Source: Octopus vulgaris (lineage: Eukaryota). From it: DNA of 64,000 nucleotides. Where the stretch lies: NCBI GenBank assembly GCA_951406725.2, contig OX597815.1:184202001-184266000 (forward strand), written 5' to 3'. The position numbers and the translations under genes were made by a program. The notes beneath the pieces were generated by a model. That model was not told where the DNA came from. It made no database searches and saw nothing but the letters and a program-made list of their open reading frames with translations. Positions 40,930-55,199 of this stretch are shown piece by piece (positions within the stretch are counted from its first letter, which is position 1; every line of letters begins with the position of its first letter).

Positions 40930-41836
40930 ATATAACACTCTCAGTCATTTTAGGGACGTCTGTACCTGTTGCCTTTCGATTGTAAAATTGCAAATAGCCA
41001 TCTTGATAATTTACATACATTTCTTGCCTTCAGGCACTAAGGTGCCAGACAGTGGAACTGAATCCGAAATATATTACTAGATGTCAAACTCCTTACCACA
41101 CACCTACTCCTGCGCCTATTAAAGGGAGACAATGATTACATAAATAATGATCAATAGATCGTTGATTACCTTGTATGCATTTAGATAAATATATTAAAAG
41201 CAACGTGAAATGTGTCAAAATATTATAAATCATTTACAAGGCAAAAGTGTTGTAATACTTAATGCGGTTGGATGTAGCCATTGTTATTTCGAACTATAGT
41301 TTCTAAAGACGGAGATGCTGTGATTATGTGATAGTGAAAGTAGAGAATGGGTGTACTGAGATTTAAGAAAATAGGTAGACATTTTATTGAAATAAGTCCT
41401 TAACATTTCTTGATGCAAAAAAACAATAGGAAGTTGCTAGATATGCTTTCACCTTCAATATGATTTACAGTCATAAATTGATGCGAATTCACAAAGCGTT
41501 TTTCACTGTGTGTAGTCACACACATATTATACATATACATTTTTAATCATAGCAAATTCATTACATGTTTATGGATGCTCAGCCACAAACGTATAGAAAA
41601 TTACATGTTTTCCCACTTCCAATAACGGAGAGTAGTTGCCATATTTTTTCACGCATGACAGCTCTTACGAGCATGCGGTCTTGCGTAACCGTGCTTTTAT
41701 CTAACATACTCTTTAATACCCAATGCGAAACCGACTGGTAAAATTAGCTCCATATGGATATTTAACACTGCACACGCTATTAACAAATACGTTTACGAAT
41801 GCATGCTTCATTTTGGAATTATGGCTTCTTAGCTAA

Positions 41837-41881
<45 letters not shown>

Positions 41882-41948
41882 TTCAGTAAAAATTTAGATT
41901 CAGTTGAATATGGTACTTAGGTTAAAGTCACCAGAATTTGGTATGATA

Positions 41949-42089
41949 TTAGGTTGTCCCCAAAGTTCGTAAACACTTGCGAAAATTGAATTTTTACTCG
42001 CCAAGTACTAACAAAAACAACAAAAATTATTCCTCAAAATAAAGACCATTATTTTCCAAGACTTTCTACGTACTTTTGGGACAACCTTA
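41949..42089. mobile_element. 141-bp mariner-type MITE
   Basis: TIRs ttaggttgtccccaaagttcgta / tacgtacttttgggacaacctta, TA on both sides. Confidence 0.8.
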
Positions 42090-42120
42090 TATTATCCATT
42101 TAATTCAAAATGGGGTGATT

Positions 42121-42188
42121 ATAATCAAAATAAGCAACTAGGATATCCAGAGGTATCTCTGGATATCCTTGTTGCTTATTTTGATTAT
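42121..42188. repeat. Near-perfect 32-bp-arm hairpin abutting (TA)n
   Basis: ataatcaaaataagcaactaggatatccagag-gtat-ctctggatatccttgttgcttattttgattat. Confidence 0.9.
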
Positions 42189-42951
42189 ATATATATATGG
42201 GGTGAGAGAGGGAGAGAGAAATAGAGAGAATGAAATAAACAAGCATATGGGAATAATTTAGAGAAAACTAATATGCAAATAAATTCGCTTCAAGGGCTGG
42301 TGAAAAAGTAGAAATACGTATTCTATTAACTGCAAACCACCCCGCAGTTAATGAGAAAAATCCTGTAAACAATTTACTAAAATACATATTTGTCATGCAC
42401 TGGAAGGAACGCTCTTGAGAAAACAAGCAACAACGTGATGCATTTGGAATAAAAATTCAGAGGTACTAACCATAAGAGAATATATGTGTAAGGCATACAC
42501 AGAAGATACACACACAAACACCTACATTTGTGTGTAAGTGTGTCTGTAAGCCCATGATAAGCAAAAACAACAACACACCTTTAGATCGACACAGAATATT
42601 ACTTGTAATATTTATATTTCACAATATAAAACATTAAATACATTTTATTCCAAAAGTAAATATATGTTGCCCGGATTTTATCTGTTCCATTCCTTAACTG
42701 GCAACCCTGGCTTTCTACCGTGAAATATAAAATGATTTTTTTTCAGCTAATTGTACTTCGGAAAAGAAAAAAAATCCCCCAAAATTCAGCATCAATAAAC
42801 CATTGTTGTACCTTAAAGTTCATTTTTATATTTTCTACTGATTTCTCGAAGCTCACTTTCCTCCTACACATCCATCCTTTGATCTTACACCCTCCACACA
42901 CACACACTCACGGACATATATATACACACATGCACACACATACACACACAC

Positions 42952-43001
<50 letters not shown>

Positions 43002-43157
43002 CCGACATTTTTTTCTGCTTTTAAAGAAGAAAAGTATTTTATCCTTTATATATATATATATATACTGTTCAGTATCTACTCATTAAAATTTATCTTTCTA
43101 CGCTTTCAACGCTTCGAAAACAAACTTTACATCGGACATATATATATATATATATAC

Positions 43158-43320
43158 ATTATTGTGTCTGGGGAGAGTCTTTCTGTTTTAATGCCTTATC
43201 AATTAACACAGGCACCGGTTCAATTTCCACTCATTTACTCATTCATTTTTTTTTAAACTTTTCGTTGCTTCCTGCAACCTCTTCAATAGTCGACAAATGA
43301 CTCTCTCATAGACAGAATAA
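43158..43320 (-). mobile_element. Short element with terminal inverted repeats and a degenerate hammerhead motif
   Basis: Ends ttattgtgtctggggagagtc / gactctctcatagacagaataa; minus motif tTGAAGA-g-gttgc/aggaa/gcaac-GAAA-agtt-TA at about 43252-43290. Confidence 0.5.
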
Positions 43321-43578
43321 AATATCCTTCAACACACGAATTCACATAAAGAATCTTGCAAACCAAATACGATATATATATATTAAAATAATTATGTTCT
43401 CTAATTGGCAAAATTAACTGCAGTAAATTATCTGCTGCAGAACTGTTTCCGGAATTTAGCGCGACAGAACTTAGTCATTTGAAAATAACCCCAATGTAAT
43501 CGATAGAACTAAGCACATGTCTAGTTTTTTATATGGCCAACTTGTGTTTAGTTTTGCAAATTATATTGAATTGGAACG

Positions 43579-43652
43579 ATCGTACTGACGAGTCTGCGGA
43601 CGAAGGATTACGTAAGTAATTTATTCGGTAATAGACGAAACCGGTATACGAT
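43579..43652 (+). ncRNA. Type I hammerhead ribozyme motif with extended stem II
   Basis: atcgta-CTGACGA-gtct...(attac/gtaat inner stem)...agac-GAAA-ccgg-TA-tacgat: intact core, 6-bp stem I, palindromic stem III, GUA triplet. Confidence 0.8.
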
Positions 43653-44036
43653 TAATTCTTGATTTTATATAATTTTCCTTTGTCTTGCCCGCTTATGTTC
43701 TGGTGTTCGCTGAATTTTCCCTGGAGAACATTTTTTCTTCGTAATTTGATTGTATGCGATCTTCTTCTAGCGTATGGTTATCCACCTAGTCGTTAATCCC
43801 TAAATACACACACACACTCATGTATATATATGTTGCACATCAGCAATAACAGGTAGCTTAATTCAAAGTAGTCTGGTATCCCATTAGTTTGAGTTTGCGT
43901 ACAGGCCACGAAGCGCCGGCCCGAATAAGATGCAGAGTAACGAGCCTGACAGATTTTATATTTTCAAGTTGTAGTGTCCGCCATAGAAAAGTCATGATGC
44001 TTGACTTAGCGAAGGACACAAACAGCATCTTCTTAC

Positions 44037-44070
44037 CTTTTCTGGAACGTCGTTGTACCGTGCGGTACAT
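44037..44070 (-). CDS. Candidate first coding exon (MYRTVQRRSRK + 1 nt)
   Basis: ATG at 44070 and strong donor AAG|gtaaga in a unique, relatively CpG-rich segment; phase 1 joins 4119 to read ...RRSRKASVRL... Confidence 0.3.
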
Positions 44071-44859
44071 TTAGACAATGAAACAGTAGAAGGAAGAGAT
44101 CAAACTAGAATTTCTTCCAACTTGACCTTTCTCGACCGTACAATAACAATCCTCAGGGACAACGAATAGATAACACACGTGAGGTGAAATTAGCTCAGAT
44201 AGAAGCGTACAGCAGTACACACTTGAATCGTTTCAAGCGCATTTAAGAGATGCGTTCATCGATAGTACCAACGTACTGCTTGAGATTGCGATTAAATCAA
44301 TAAGTATGTTTGTGTAGAGAGAGTGTTACTTTATTAATGAAAGCGACTGAACGACCTCTGTCGATTGAGACACACTTCTATATTACTTACGGTACAACTT
44401 GAGTATAATGTGCATCTACATCGCGTCGAGGAAATATTGATTAAATTATATATATTTTTCAAAACTTCGAGATTATCCATCCATCCATACATAAATACAT
44501 ACATATATACATACATGCACACACACTCCTCACCACATATATAATTCAACCATCTTATATGTATATGTTGTGTATGTATGATTATGTGTTGTATGTTTGT
44601 TAGTGTATATCTTGAGCGTATGTGTACTTGTGTCTGTGCTAGTACCTGTGACTATCTTTAGAAAATCGATGAGTTGCAAGGCAATTTACCGTGTAAAAGG
44701 AAGAAAAAAGGCCATTAAATATTTCAGATTTACAAAACATATTTCTTGAACATATCGTCATGTTACATGTATTCGTTGTGTAGTTTCCATAATTTCCTTT
44801 ATAATTACGTAAAAATCGCGGCTTCGAGGAAACCATAAATTATAACACCAACATACACA

Positions 44860-44860
<1 letters not shown>

Positions 44861-44932
<72 letters not shown>
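44861..44932. repeat. (TCTA)18 microsatellite
   Basis: Direct observation. Confidence 0.95.
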
Positions 44933-45019
44933 CACACTATACACACATATATATACACACACAGAGACACTTCTGTGTGTGTATATATACATAGGTATAT
45001 ATGTGTATATATGTTCTTT

Positions 45020-45325
45020 TTTTCTTTTTCACGTTTCAGTCATTTGACAACGGCCATAATGGAGCACGGCCTTTAGTCGAACAAAGTGATCCCAGGACGA
45101 TATTTTTGTAAGTCTAGTACTTATTCTATCGGTCTTTTTTGCCGAACTCAAGAGATGGTGGGGGTACAAACACAGACACACAAATGCGCGCACGCACATC
45201 AAATCCACACATAATGCTTCAATCTACCCGAAGCTATAGTAGAAGACACTTGCCCAATGTGTCATGCAATGGGATTGAACTCGTAACCATGTATTTGGGA
45301 AGTAAGCTTCTTACCACATAGTCAC
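45020..45325 (-). mobile_element. SINE family B, internally deleted
   Basis: Tail and head segments match family B. Confidence 0.75.
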
Positions 45326-45469
45326 ACACATACACACACATATCTATATATGCATATATCATACATATATATATATATATTATTTACTATCATATATATA
45401 CATACACACACACACATATATATTATAGTAAATATTATAGTAAATGATATTATATGTAAGTAATATGGT

Positions 45470-45662
45470 AGTAAGTAATATGTTTTATTAATAAAGCTGC
45501 ATAAACATCGCAAAAAGTGTTACTCAGAGTTTCACGTTCCCGTTCGTCAGACAGTTTTTGTGATGTCTTTGCAGCTTTATTAATAAAGCATATTACTCTA
45601 CCTCCGGTATTCGAGTATTATATTCTCCACCTTGCTTCAAAGTTATCTGCATACTCCGCTGT
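45470..45662 (-). mobile_element. Family H inverted-repeat element with apical hammerhead
   Basis: Arms about 45474-45516 and 45555-45598 are complementary; homologous to 35657-35825. Confidence 0.7.
45518..45553 (-). ncRNA. Type I hammerhead ribozyme motif
   Basis: tgt-CTGACGA-acg/ggaa/cgt-GAAA-ctc/t/gag-TA-aca: intact core, GNRA-capped stem II, GUA triplet; stem I extended by the flanking inverted repeat. Confidence 0.8.
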
Positions 45663-45720
<58 letters not shown>

Positions 45721-45725
<5 letters not shown>

Positions 45726-45940
45726 TAATCCAAACGGGAAAACAGAAAAAACAACAACACGTGGAACATTTACAGTATTATTATTATTAGGCGCTCAGGA
45801 AAATGGAAGAAGGAAGGTATGACGTTTCGAGCGGAGCTCTTCGTCGGAAACATAAGAGAAGGAAGAAAGAAGAAAGATCCCGATGTGGGCGAAAGAGGGA
45901 AAAAAAACGCGACTGGTGTTTACGAGTTACACATGCTGAA
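45721..45940 (-). mobile_element. Short hammerhead-bearing repeat, family G
   Basis: Motif 45817-45851 minus: gttt-CCGACGA-a-gag/ctccg/ctc-GAAA-CG-TC-atac; between (TA)n tracts. Confidence 0.65.
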
Positions 45941-46013
45941 AAAAAAAGTATATATATATATATATATAGTATATATATATATATAGTATATATATTTATT
46001 ATAGTATATAATA

Positions 46014-46063
<50 letters not shown>

Positions 46064-46687
46064 TATTATAGTATGCGCCCCACCACTACGCAAACATACA
46101 CTTTGTTGCTTTGTGTGAATGTTGCTATGTGTATAAGTGTGTTTCAGTTCACAAAATCATATTGTTTGGACTTTCTGCAACTGTCTTAGTATATAGATTG
46201 AATTTACATTGAGAAGTCTCTATTATATAACCCGCTTTTACATAGGAAAACCATAAATATCTTTGTGGTAACAAAAATTTGATTAAGATATGCGTAAGTC
46301 TTTGTCTGGGAAATGAATGCGATTGTTTATAGCTATGGCTGTATACATGTTTTGCATAGGTCTATATATCTATAAATATCTATAATTTTAGGTTAGTGTT
46401 CCTTGCTCTGATTTGAAAGCTGCAGGGCACCGTGCCAGACTTCCTATGAATATTCTTCCTTCTTATTTTACCAGAAAATGTGTAAAACACTACCGTATTA
46501 AAGGAAAGCAATTATGATAATCGATCGAATTGTCTCCATATAAGTAACATTACGTAGCACTTTAAGTTTTGCAAAGTTACTTCAACCGAATTCATCTGTG
46601 TTCATTCCTAACTTATATACGTCATTCCCATGTTCTTCTACAGTTTACACTCAAGGAGACACAAGAATGTATATTTCGATTTATTTA

Positions 46688-46756
<69 letters not shown>

Positions 46757-47460
46757 CATACACTCGGTAGCGGTGAACTAATGGTGATTGATCGTTACTT
46801 ATCATTGTCTATCATACACCGATACACTACCGCATCAATATACTTAACACTACAGGGAGTCTTTCTCTATATTGATCTTAGTTCGCCTTTACTTGCAACA
46901 AGCAGACTTAGCAGATCCGTTCACCTGGTGTCATACTATTATTTTAATGCTACTGTAATATTTTATTCTATTTTATTTTTCCCGTACATTTACATTAAGT
47001 ACATCATAACAGCTCTTACGTTGAGCTTCCGAAAAATCCATTTGGCAACGGACGGAATTTGGGAATATTGTTAAGGGACAAGGAAACATCTTCTATTATC
47101 TTTTATGCTAAAACATCGTCCTTCAAAGAAGAATAAGTGAAATATGCAATAAAGGTTACCATTTCAATCTTTTCCTTTTCTTTTCTCTCTCTCTATCGCT
47201 TATCATATTTTTGACATAAGCTACAAACCAATCGTGACGGCTGAGTGGTTTCCATTGTCTTTCAAGCCTATATCACTTTACCGACGGAGTCCATAAGTAA
47301 CTAAGGAATAGTATGAAACTTACCAAATTCCATTTCTCTTCTGCTGACAGAAATGTTGATGCTTACCTCATTAGATACGATTTTAAATCCCTTTAAAGAG
47401 TCAGCATTGAATTGTTTCGCTCATTTTCTGTACCATCAAAATATGGTATGGTGTCGCATA

Positions 47461-47858
47461 TACTCTTTTACTCGTTTCAGTCATTTGACTGTGGCCATGC
47501 TGGAGCACCGCCTTTAGTCGAGCAAATCCACCCCAGGACTTATTCTTTGGAAGCCTAGTACTTATTCTATCGGACTCTTTTGCAGAACCGCTAAGTTACG
47601 GGGACGCAAACACACCAGCATCGGTTGTCAAGCAATGCTTGGGGGACAACACACACACACACACACACTTATATATATATATATATATATACACGACGGG
47701 CTTCTTTCAGTTTCTGTCTACCAAATCCACTCCCAAGGCTTTGGTCGGCCCGAGGCTATAGCAGAAGACACTTGCTCACCGTGCCACGCAGTGTGACTGA
47801 ACCGGGAACCATGTGGTTGGTAAGCAAACTACTTACCACAAAGCCACTGCTGCACCTA
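47461..47858 (-). mobile_element. SINE family B, full length
   Basis: Reverse-complement near-consensus copy. Confidence 0.9.
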
Positions 47859-48920
47859 TGCATAATTAATTTCTGTCTCCGATGCACATATTGGTAGATA
47901 TACATTGATGGTTATTTCACTGAAACATGAATGTTTATTTTTCTCTCTCCAAGGGATTGTGATATAGAAACAAACAGCGTAGATTGTTCATCTCCATGTA
48001 ACAAAACGTTAGCCTGTATAATATAACGCCAGAAGTTGCTAGCTGTAATAAAAAAAAAAATCAATTATCGTCGTATCTATCGCTCCCATCTGGTAGTTTA
48101 CTGAAATTTAGCTTGCAACTCTAAACTAGTTTAACTGACAGTGGCTTTCCGTGCAGAAATAGTAAATCAGTTTGTTATTTTAGATTCGTGTCTCTATCCT
48201 TGCTTCTCTTTCTTTACACAATCTCATTCAGTCGGCCCACCACTCCTCTCACCCTCTTATCAAGATCTTTATCAATATTCGTATACCTTTTTTTAATATT
48301 TCTCACTCACCACATCTGCAAACAGATAACTATCAATGTTAGTACGGATATGGTTTCTATATCTGCCACAAACAGTTTACCTCTGGAAAGCAAGCGATCA
48401 TAGAATATTAAAGTAATGCTGAACAAGTATTCGGAAAAAGCATTTGGTGCACAGGAATTGTGTATTATGCTATGCAACTATCTACTGTACTTTCCCTTAC
48501 ATAGCGCTTGTGCTTTGTAGCATTATATGATATAAGCTATCCTAAAGCAGAGGCAATGCACGATAAATATAGGCCGAGGGGCATGAATAATGTATCAGCA
48601 CACTGTCTTATATTTTAGCAGAAATGAACACGCAAGTTCCACAAATTTTCACGTTACCAAATTTCACTTTGGTCGACATGGATCTATTATCGAAAATATC
48701 AATCATCTATTGTCAAAAATATAAATACTATTAATATCACAGACTTATTTTGTAGAAGAGGTATGAATTGGAGCTGAGAAGGTAATATTGTATAATGCTC
48801 GGCATTTAGTTTTGTATTCCTCCTTTTATGCTCTTCCGCCATCTTATTTTAAAATATATTATGGATATTAATGCTAAATATTATACGTAAATGAAGCTAC
48901 GAAATATTTTCTAAAATGTC

Positions 48921-48972
48921 AGCGGTGGTGCCCCAGTATGGCCACGGCCTTCGGGCTAAAACATTTTTTTTT
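48921..48972 (+). mobile_element. Isolated 3' tail of the CR1-like LINE type
   Basis: GGTGGTGCCCCAGTATGGCCACGGCCTTCGGGCTAAAACATTTT resembles the tail at 26737-26779 and the family B tail. Confidence 0.55.
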
Positions 48973-50310
48973 TAAGGATTTATACGTTGACACAAACACC
49001 TCCGTGAAAACGTCGTATACTTCTTTTATCAACATAAAATATTATCAGGGCATTTATTTCAAATAACTATACTGCTAGATAACAAGGAGTTTACGTCCCA
49101 TATACATACATGCATACATAAATACACAAACTGACACATACACAGAGACACAGACAGACAGACAGACAGAAAGACACACACACACTCACGCACACACAGA
49201 GTCACAAATACATATCCATACATGAGCATATTTGAGAGAAAGTGAAAATAGCAACGTGGAGAACAGTATATGCGGCTTCACAGAGGAAAGACTTTTGCAA
49301 ATATAAATTAAAATTTAATATATAAAAGCCAATTGAATACGGCCGACTTCGATATGTCCGTCTGCATCACTATAGGTTGTCCAGCCATGTATAGAATATA
49401 TTATGAGAGGAAATATATTTATTAATTTAGACATTGATAATCGAAATCAGTTTCTCTAATTTACCGATAAAGTTATCCACAAGGTAGAAATCAGGTCACC
49501 AGACGTGCATCAATGATGGAACGACGTCCAGACCATGAAACTGATAAAATTCAAATGAAACTATTAATAAATCAGCCGTGCTAAATTTAATTAATTTAAC
49601 ATCGGCAATCAATCGAAGTAAACCGACTGAAAGAAAACGACTTTGAAAGTTAATGACTGAGATCAAATTATCATAGTATTATAGTTGACGTGATGTACAA
49701 AAGAATAAATAATAATACAAGGGGGAAAGCGCAGATATTGGTGTTTATCGTATATTTAATGTGTCTATAATTTTATACACAAAATTCCTATATTATTGTG
49801 AATAAATAATGATCGTAAATAGCCGAGTCAAGTTGTTTACTTCATTACTTGACATTTCGTATCGATACGTATATGTGGCATGGTGTTGACAAACATTTCA
49901 TTTTTATGCACCCATAACAGACAGCAGCAAACAGATCAAATATCGTTCATTCTGGTAAATAAATTAAGCAGTAGAAGACTATATACGCAACGTACGAGTC
50001 TTTCTCAGTAGTTGATGAGTTGAATTCCAATCCTCATACGGATCACAAGATAAGTTATTTTTATACTCAGATAGAGAACAATATCCTCAGTAACTTAGGT
50101 TTTCTATTATACTCGCTTCTGCTGATTCAGGCTATGTATGATGGTTGTTCGAAGCATTGTATCATGTACACCCAACTAAAACACTCTCGCACAGGCATTT
50201 TCAATCGGTTAGGTATATTTCTCAACTTACATGATTAGAATGCGACTAGTTTAGTCTCCTTCGAAAGAATCTTGATGCGGTTAATCTACAAGTTGGGTAC
50301 AGTATTAATT

Positions 50311-50593
50311 GTTAGTTCCTTCACGAGCCATGCCTGGCTCATAAGGGCCGGTTTCCCGGCTTCCTTGGCGTATAGGTTTCCCACCTGGACGGGACGCCGG
50401 TCCGTCGCAGGTGAGCTGTAAGATGCAGGAGGAAAGAATGAGAGAAAGTTATGACGAAAGAGTCAGTGTTACCTTCTGCCGGAGCCGCGTGAAGCTTAGG
50501 TGTTTCGCTCATAAACACACACATTGCTCGGCCTGACATTCGAACCCGCGATCCTTCGACGGCGAGTCCGCTGCTCTAACCATGTGCCTCCAC
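50311..50593 (-). mobile_element. SINE family D2 (head and body shared with D1, different tail)
   Basis: tRNA-like head with GGTTCGAAT B box; perfect 12-bp TSD acagtattaatt at 50299-50310 and 50594-50605. Confidence 0.9.
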
Positions 50594-51287
50594 ACAGTAT
50601 TAATTAGTAGGTTATTTTATTTAAGTAATCCCCAAACAGAATCAGATTTTCAGCCCAAACGAAGCAACGTATTTCGTGATGAAACGCTGGTGGATAGAGA
50701 TAACGTTAAAACAGATTAATAATTCGTTCATATTGTTATGCAAATTCATTGCTTTATAAAAAACATAGAAAGTGAATGGATTAATTGAAAATGAATAGTG
50801 CAAAACAAGCAGTTTATGTTTTAGTTACTTCACGGTCTAAATATAGAGATAAGCAATACAAAAACAATTTTAGATCTTTATTAGATTTATTTCTTCCTCA
50901 TGCCACGAGAGGAGAGGCTTTTCTCTCCTCCCCATTTCTAAAATTATAATTTTGGGCGAATGAAAATGAATCGTCCTATAATCGGGTGTCATTATATACT
51001 ATTAATTGCTTCCTAGAGCTCATATAATTATCACCGTTTACTAAAATTAAGGCATATAGTCCAGAATTTTCTGTCCAATGGCAAAAGGCATCTGTGTTGG
51101 AACTGTAATCAATGTAATGGACACTGGAAAAATACCTACTTTTTATTCCTTAGTATATATTAATGTATACAAATCACACACACAGGCGCGTGCATAGGAA
51201 CCTTCATAAAAATGTATGTTTACCGTCATAGAGATTCTAATAGTAGCAGAAAAGGAATTTTAACTCCTATTTCTAAATTCGGTATGT

Positions 51288-51457
51288 TTTTGTCCCCCCA
51301 ACATCACTTGACAACCGATGGTGATGTGTTTACGTCCCCGTAACTTAGCGGTTCGGCAAAAGGGCACGATAGTATAAGTACTAGGCTTCAAAGGAAGAAG
51401 TCCTGGGTCGATTTTACTCGACTAAAGGCGGTACTCCAGCATGGCCGCAGTCAAATG
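51288..51457 (+). mobile_element. SINE family B, 3' half
   Basis: Matches the post-microsatellite half of family B. Confidence 0.8.
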
Positions 51458-51668
51458 CAGACATCCATCAATTTCAACAGAACCCTGAAACGAAACAATG
51501 GACTTCCCGTCGTTCTTGGGGCCATATGGAAGATTAACACATACTGTAATACTTCCACACTTGGAATTTAAAAACGGAAATCTTTTATTGATTGCAAATT
51601 TCAAACAATATAGTCATACAAGAATTACACCATAAGAACTTTGCTGAATATATGCAAAATATTGTATA

Positions 51669-52604
<936 letters not shown>

Positions 52605-54063
52605 TTAAGCGACTATTATTTAATCAACTTCAAATTTCATAAAGGAAAATTTACAATTTTTGGGCCTCCAATGTTGCAACCTTTGAAAACGTATGGCCGT
52701 AGATATAAAACTGTCCTTTCTCCTCCAAGGAATATATTTGTTACCTTCTTTTCTTTATTTTCTTTGTTCTTTTATTATTGTATTTCGATTTTTGCCATTT
52801 TAATGACTTTTTGTATGCGTTCATTCGTTCGATTGTTCGTTCTGCTCTACGTCTCTTTATCCGTTGCGATAAATAAAGTCCAGTTTGCCTAGTGACATAG
52901 TTTCGTTTATGAGGAAAAACTAAAACATACATCGTGCACAAAGTATATCAGATTGTCCATAATATTCTTGCTTTTAAACTTTTAATTTCGCTTCAGTATC
53001 ACTCAAACCATTTCTACCTGATAATAACAGAAACTGTATTTAAACATTTTATATATCTATTATCCTAAACACATACGTCTGAAAGTATACATTCACACGT
53101 AAACAAATTCATGTGCAAATCTACCTGAATTAGAAACCCAAGCTATTATTAGAATACCAATGAATGATAATCATGCAACACTTATTTATGGTATAGTACA
53201 AACAACAAAACATTCATAAACGAGGAAAACAAGAAGTCTTTAAGGAGCACAGTCCTATGAGAATGGAGGACAACTTAGTACAATGAGACCACAAAATATA
53301 GAATATTCACAGACTACAAACTTATCAGGCGTACGCTTTGATCATCAGCTGCCTGGTGAATATCATTATAGTTTCAATATCTTAGAAGTAACATACAGTC
53401 TGGTGGTTCAACAACGTTAAAAATAATGTATATTTGTGTGCATTGGTGTGTTTGTTACTGTACGCACACAGAGAAAAAAAGAATACATATTCAATACATA
53501 AATACTAGAGTTTATTTATTCCTCCAAAAGCTAGTGATTCAATGTGTCAAAACTCAGATTGTTACTCTATGCATTCCTGCAACCGAAATAAATATGTTGG
53601 CGTGATCATACGATAGTTGAAGGATATTTAACAGATATTTCCAATTAAACGCTGTACTGGGTGTAATATATGTCTTTATAGATAATATATTATCGAGTTA
53701 CAGAAAATTGTTCTATGCTGATTATATCGCTTTGCTGATCAATATGCTGTGATTTGAACGAGAATTACTATATAGTTTTATGTTTACAAACTTCAAGAAG
53801 AATCAATATGCTATGTTCGGTAACGGTTGTCATGAAGTGGGCTCGCTTTAATGTCAGCTGAGGAGGATTTGTACAACTGGTATTCATTTTCATATCTAAT
53901 AATATAGAATGACGATAAACAATGACGTTTGACATTTTATAATCAAGAAGTATTTAGAGTTAAATGATAATGTATTTTTCTCTCTTTTAACATTTACAAC
54001 TATTTAAGTGACTTTACATCACGTACACGATAGATTTAGATTGCAATATTCATTGAATTAGAA

Positions 54064-54642
54064 AGGCGGCGAGCTGGCAGACACGTTAGCACGCCGGGCG
54101 AAATGCTTACCGGTATTTCGTCTGCCGTTACGTTCTGAGTTCAAATTCCGCCGAGGTCGACTTTGCCTTTCATCCTTTCGGGGTCGATAAATTAAGTACC
54201 AGTTACGCACTGGGGTCGATGTAATCGACTTAATCCGTTTGTCTGTCCTTGTTTGTCCCCTCTGTGTTTAGCCCCTTGTGGGTAATAAAGAAATAGGTAT
54301 TTCGTCTGTCGCTACGTTCTGAGTTGAAATTCCGCCGAGGTCGACTTTGCCCTTCATCCTTTCGGGGTCGATTAAATAAGTACCAGTTACGCACTGGGTC
54401 GATATAATCGACTTAATCCGTTTTTCTGTCCTTGTTTGACCCTTCTGTGTTTATCGCGTTGTGGGTAGTAAAGAAATAGGTATTTCGTCTGTCATTACGT
54501 TGTGCGTTCAAATTCCGCCGAGGTCGACTTTGTCTTTCATCCATTCAGGGTCGATAAGTTAAATCCCAATTGCGTCCTGGAGTCGATCTAATCGACTGGA
54601 CCCCTCCCCATAAATTTCGAGCCTTGTGACCAGAGTACAAAA
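54064..54642 (+). mobile_element. SINE family A, trimeric
   Basis: One head and three core units (tail 1, tail 1, tail 2), each restarting at GGTATTTCGTCTG; TSD caatattcat(t/c)gaa at 54044-54057 and 54643-54656. Confidence 0.9.
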
Positions 54643-55199
54643 CAATATTCATCGAAAGAAAGATTTTGATGTTAAAAATTATTACTTGGTATCTTTTCGG
54701 ATAAACTTGAAATTTCCCAATAAATGTTAACTCTACAGCGAAATGTATATGCGATCGTTGCAATATATCCCCTTTATATTTACAAAATCTAAATTCAGCA
54801 TCTTCATACTGAAATAATAAACAGACATTTCCTTTATTTTCAAAGTGTAAAGAGGAAATGTACAAATATAAATTATATATAAAATAGGCAGAGAATGAGA
54901 AATTGTGGAAGAACTAATAAAAATGAAGTGACGTGGCTGTGTCACTCAGAAAACTGTTTTCAAACCAAGTGATCTTAGCTTCAGTGCTACTGTGCGACAC
55001 CTTCGGCAAATGACTTCAACTATAATCATGGGAACACCAAAGCCTTATCGGTGAATTTGGTACCCCGTCGCATCTAAATATTTATTCCACCTTCCATTTT
55101 GGAAAATACAACCCTGTTTAATTCGCGAAGATTCTCGTGAATTCACGTGAATAAATCAATGAATCAAGGGACGTTATTCTTCGGTTTTAAATTTTGGAT

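Noticed and set aside
53310-53352. Minus-strand CTGATGA-tca...tga hammerhead candidate
   Set aside because: GAAA is replaced by TAAG and stems I and III are not convincing
54064-54642. Regularly spaced repeats resembling a CRISPR array or satellite
   Set aside because: Units are ~180-bp SINE bodies with no unique spacers; animal context and no cas genes
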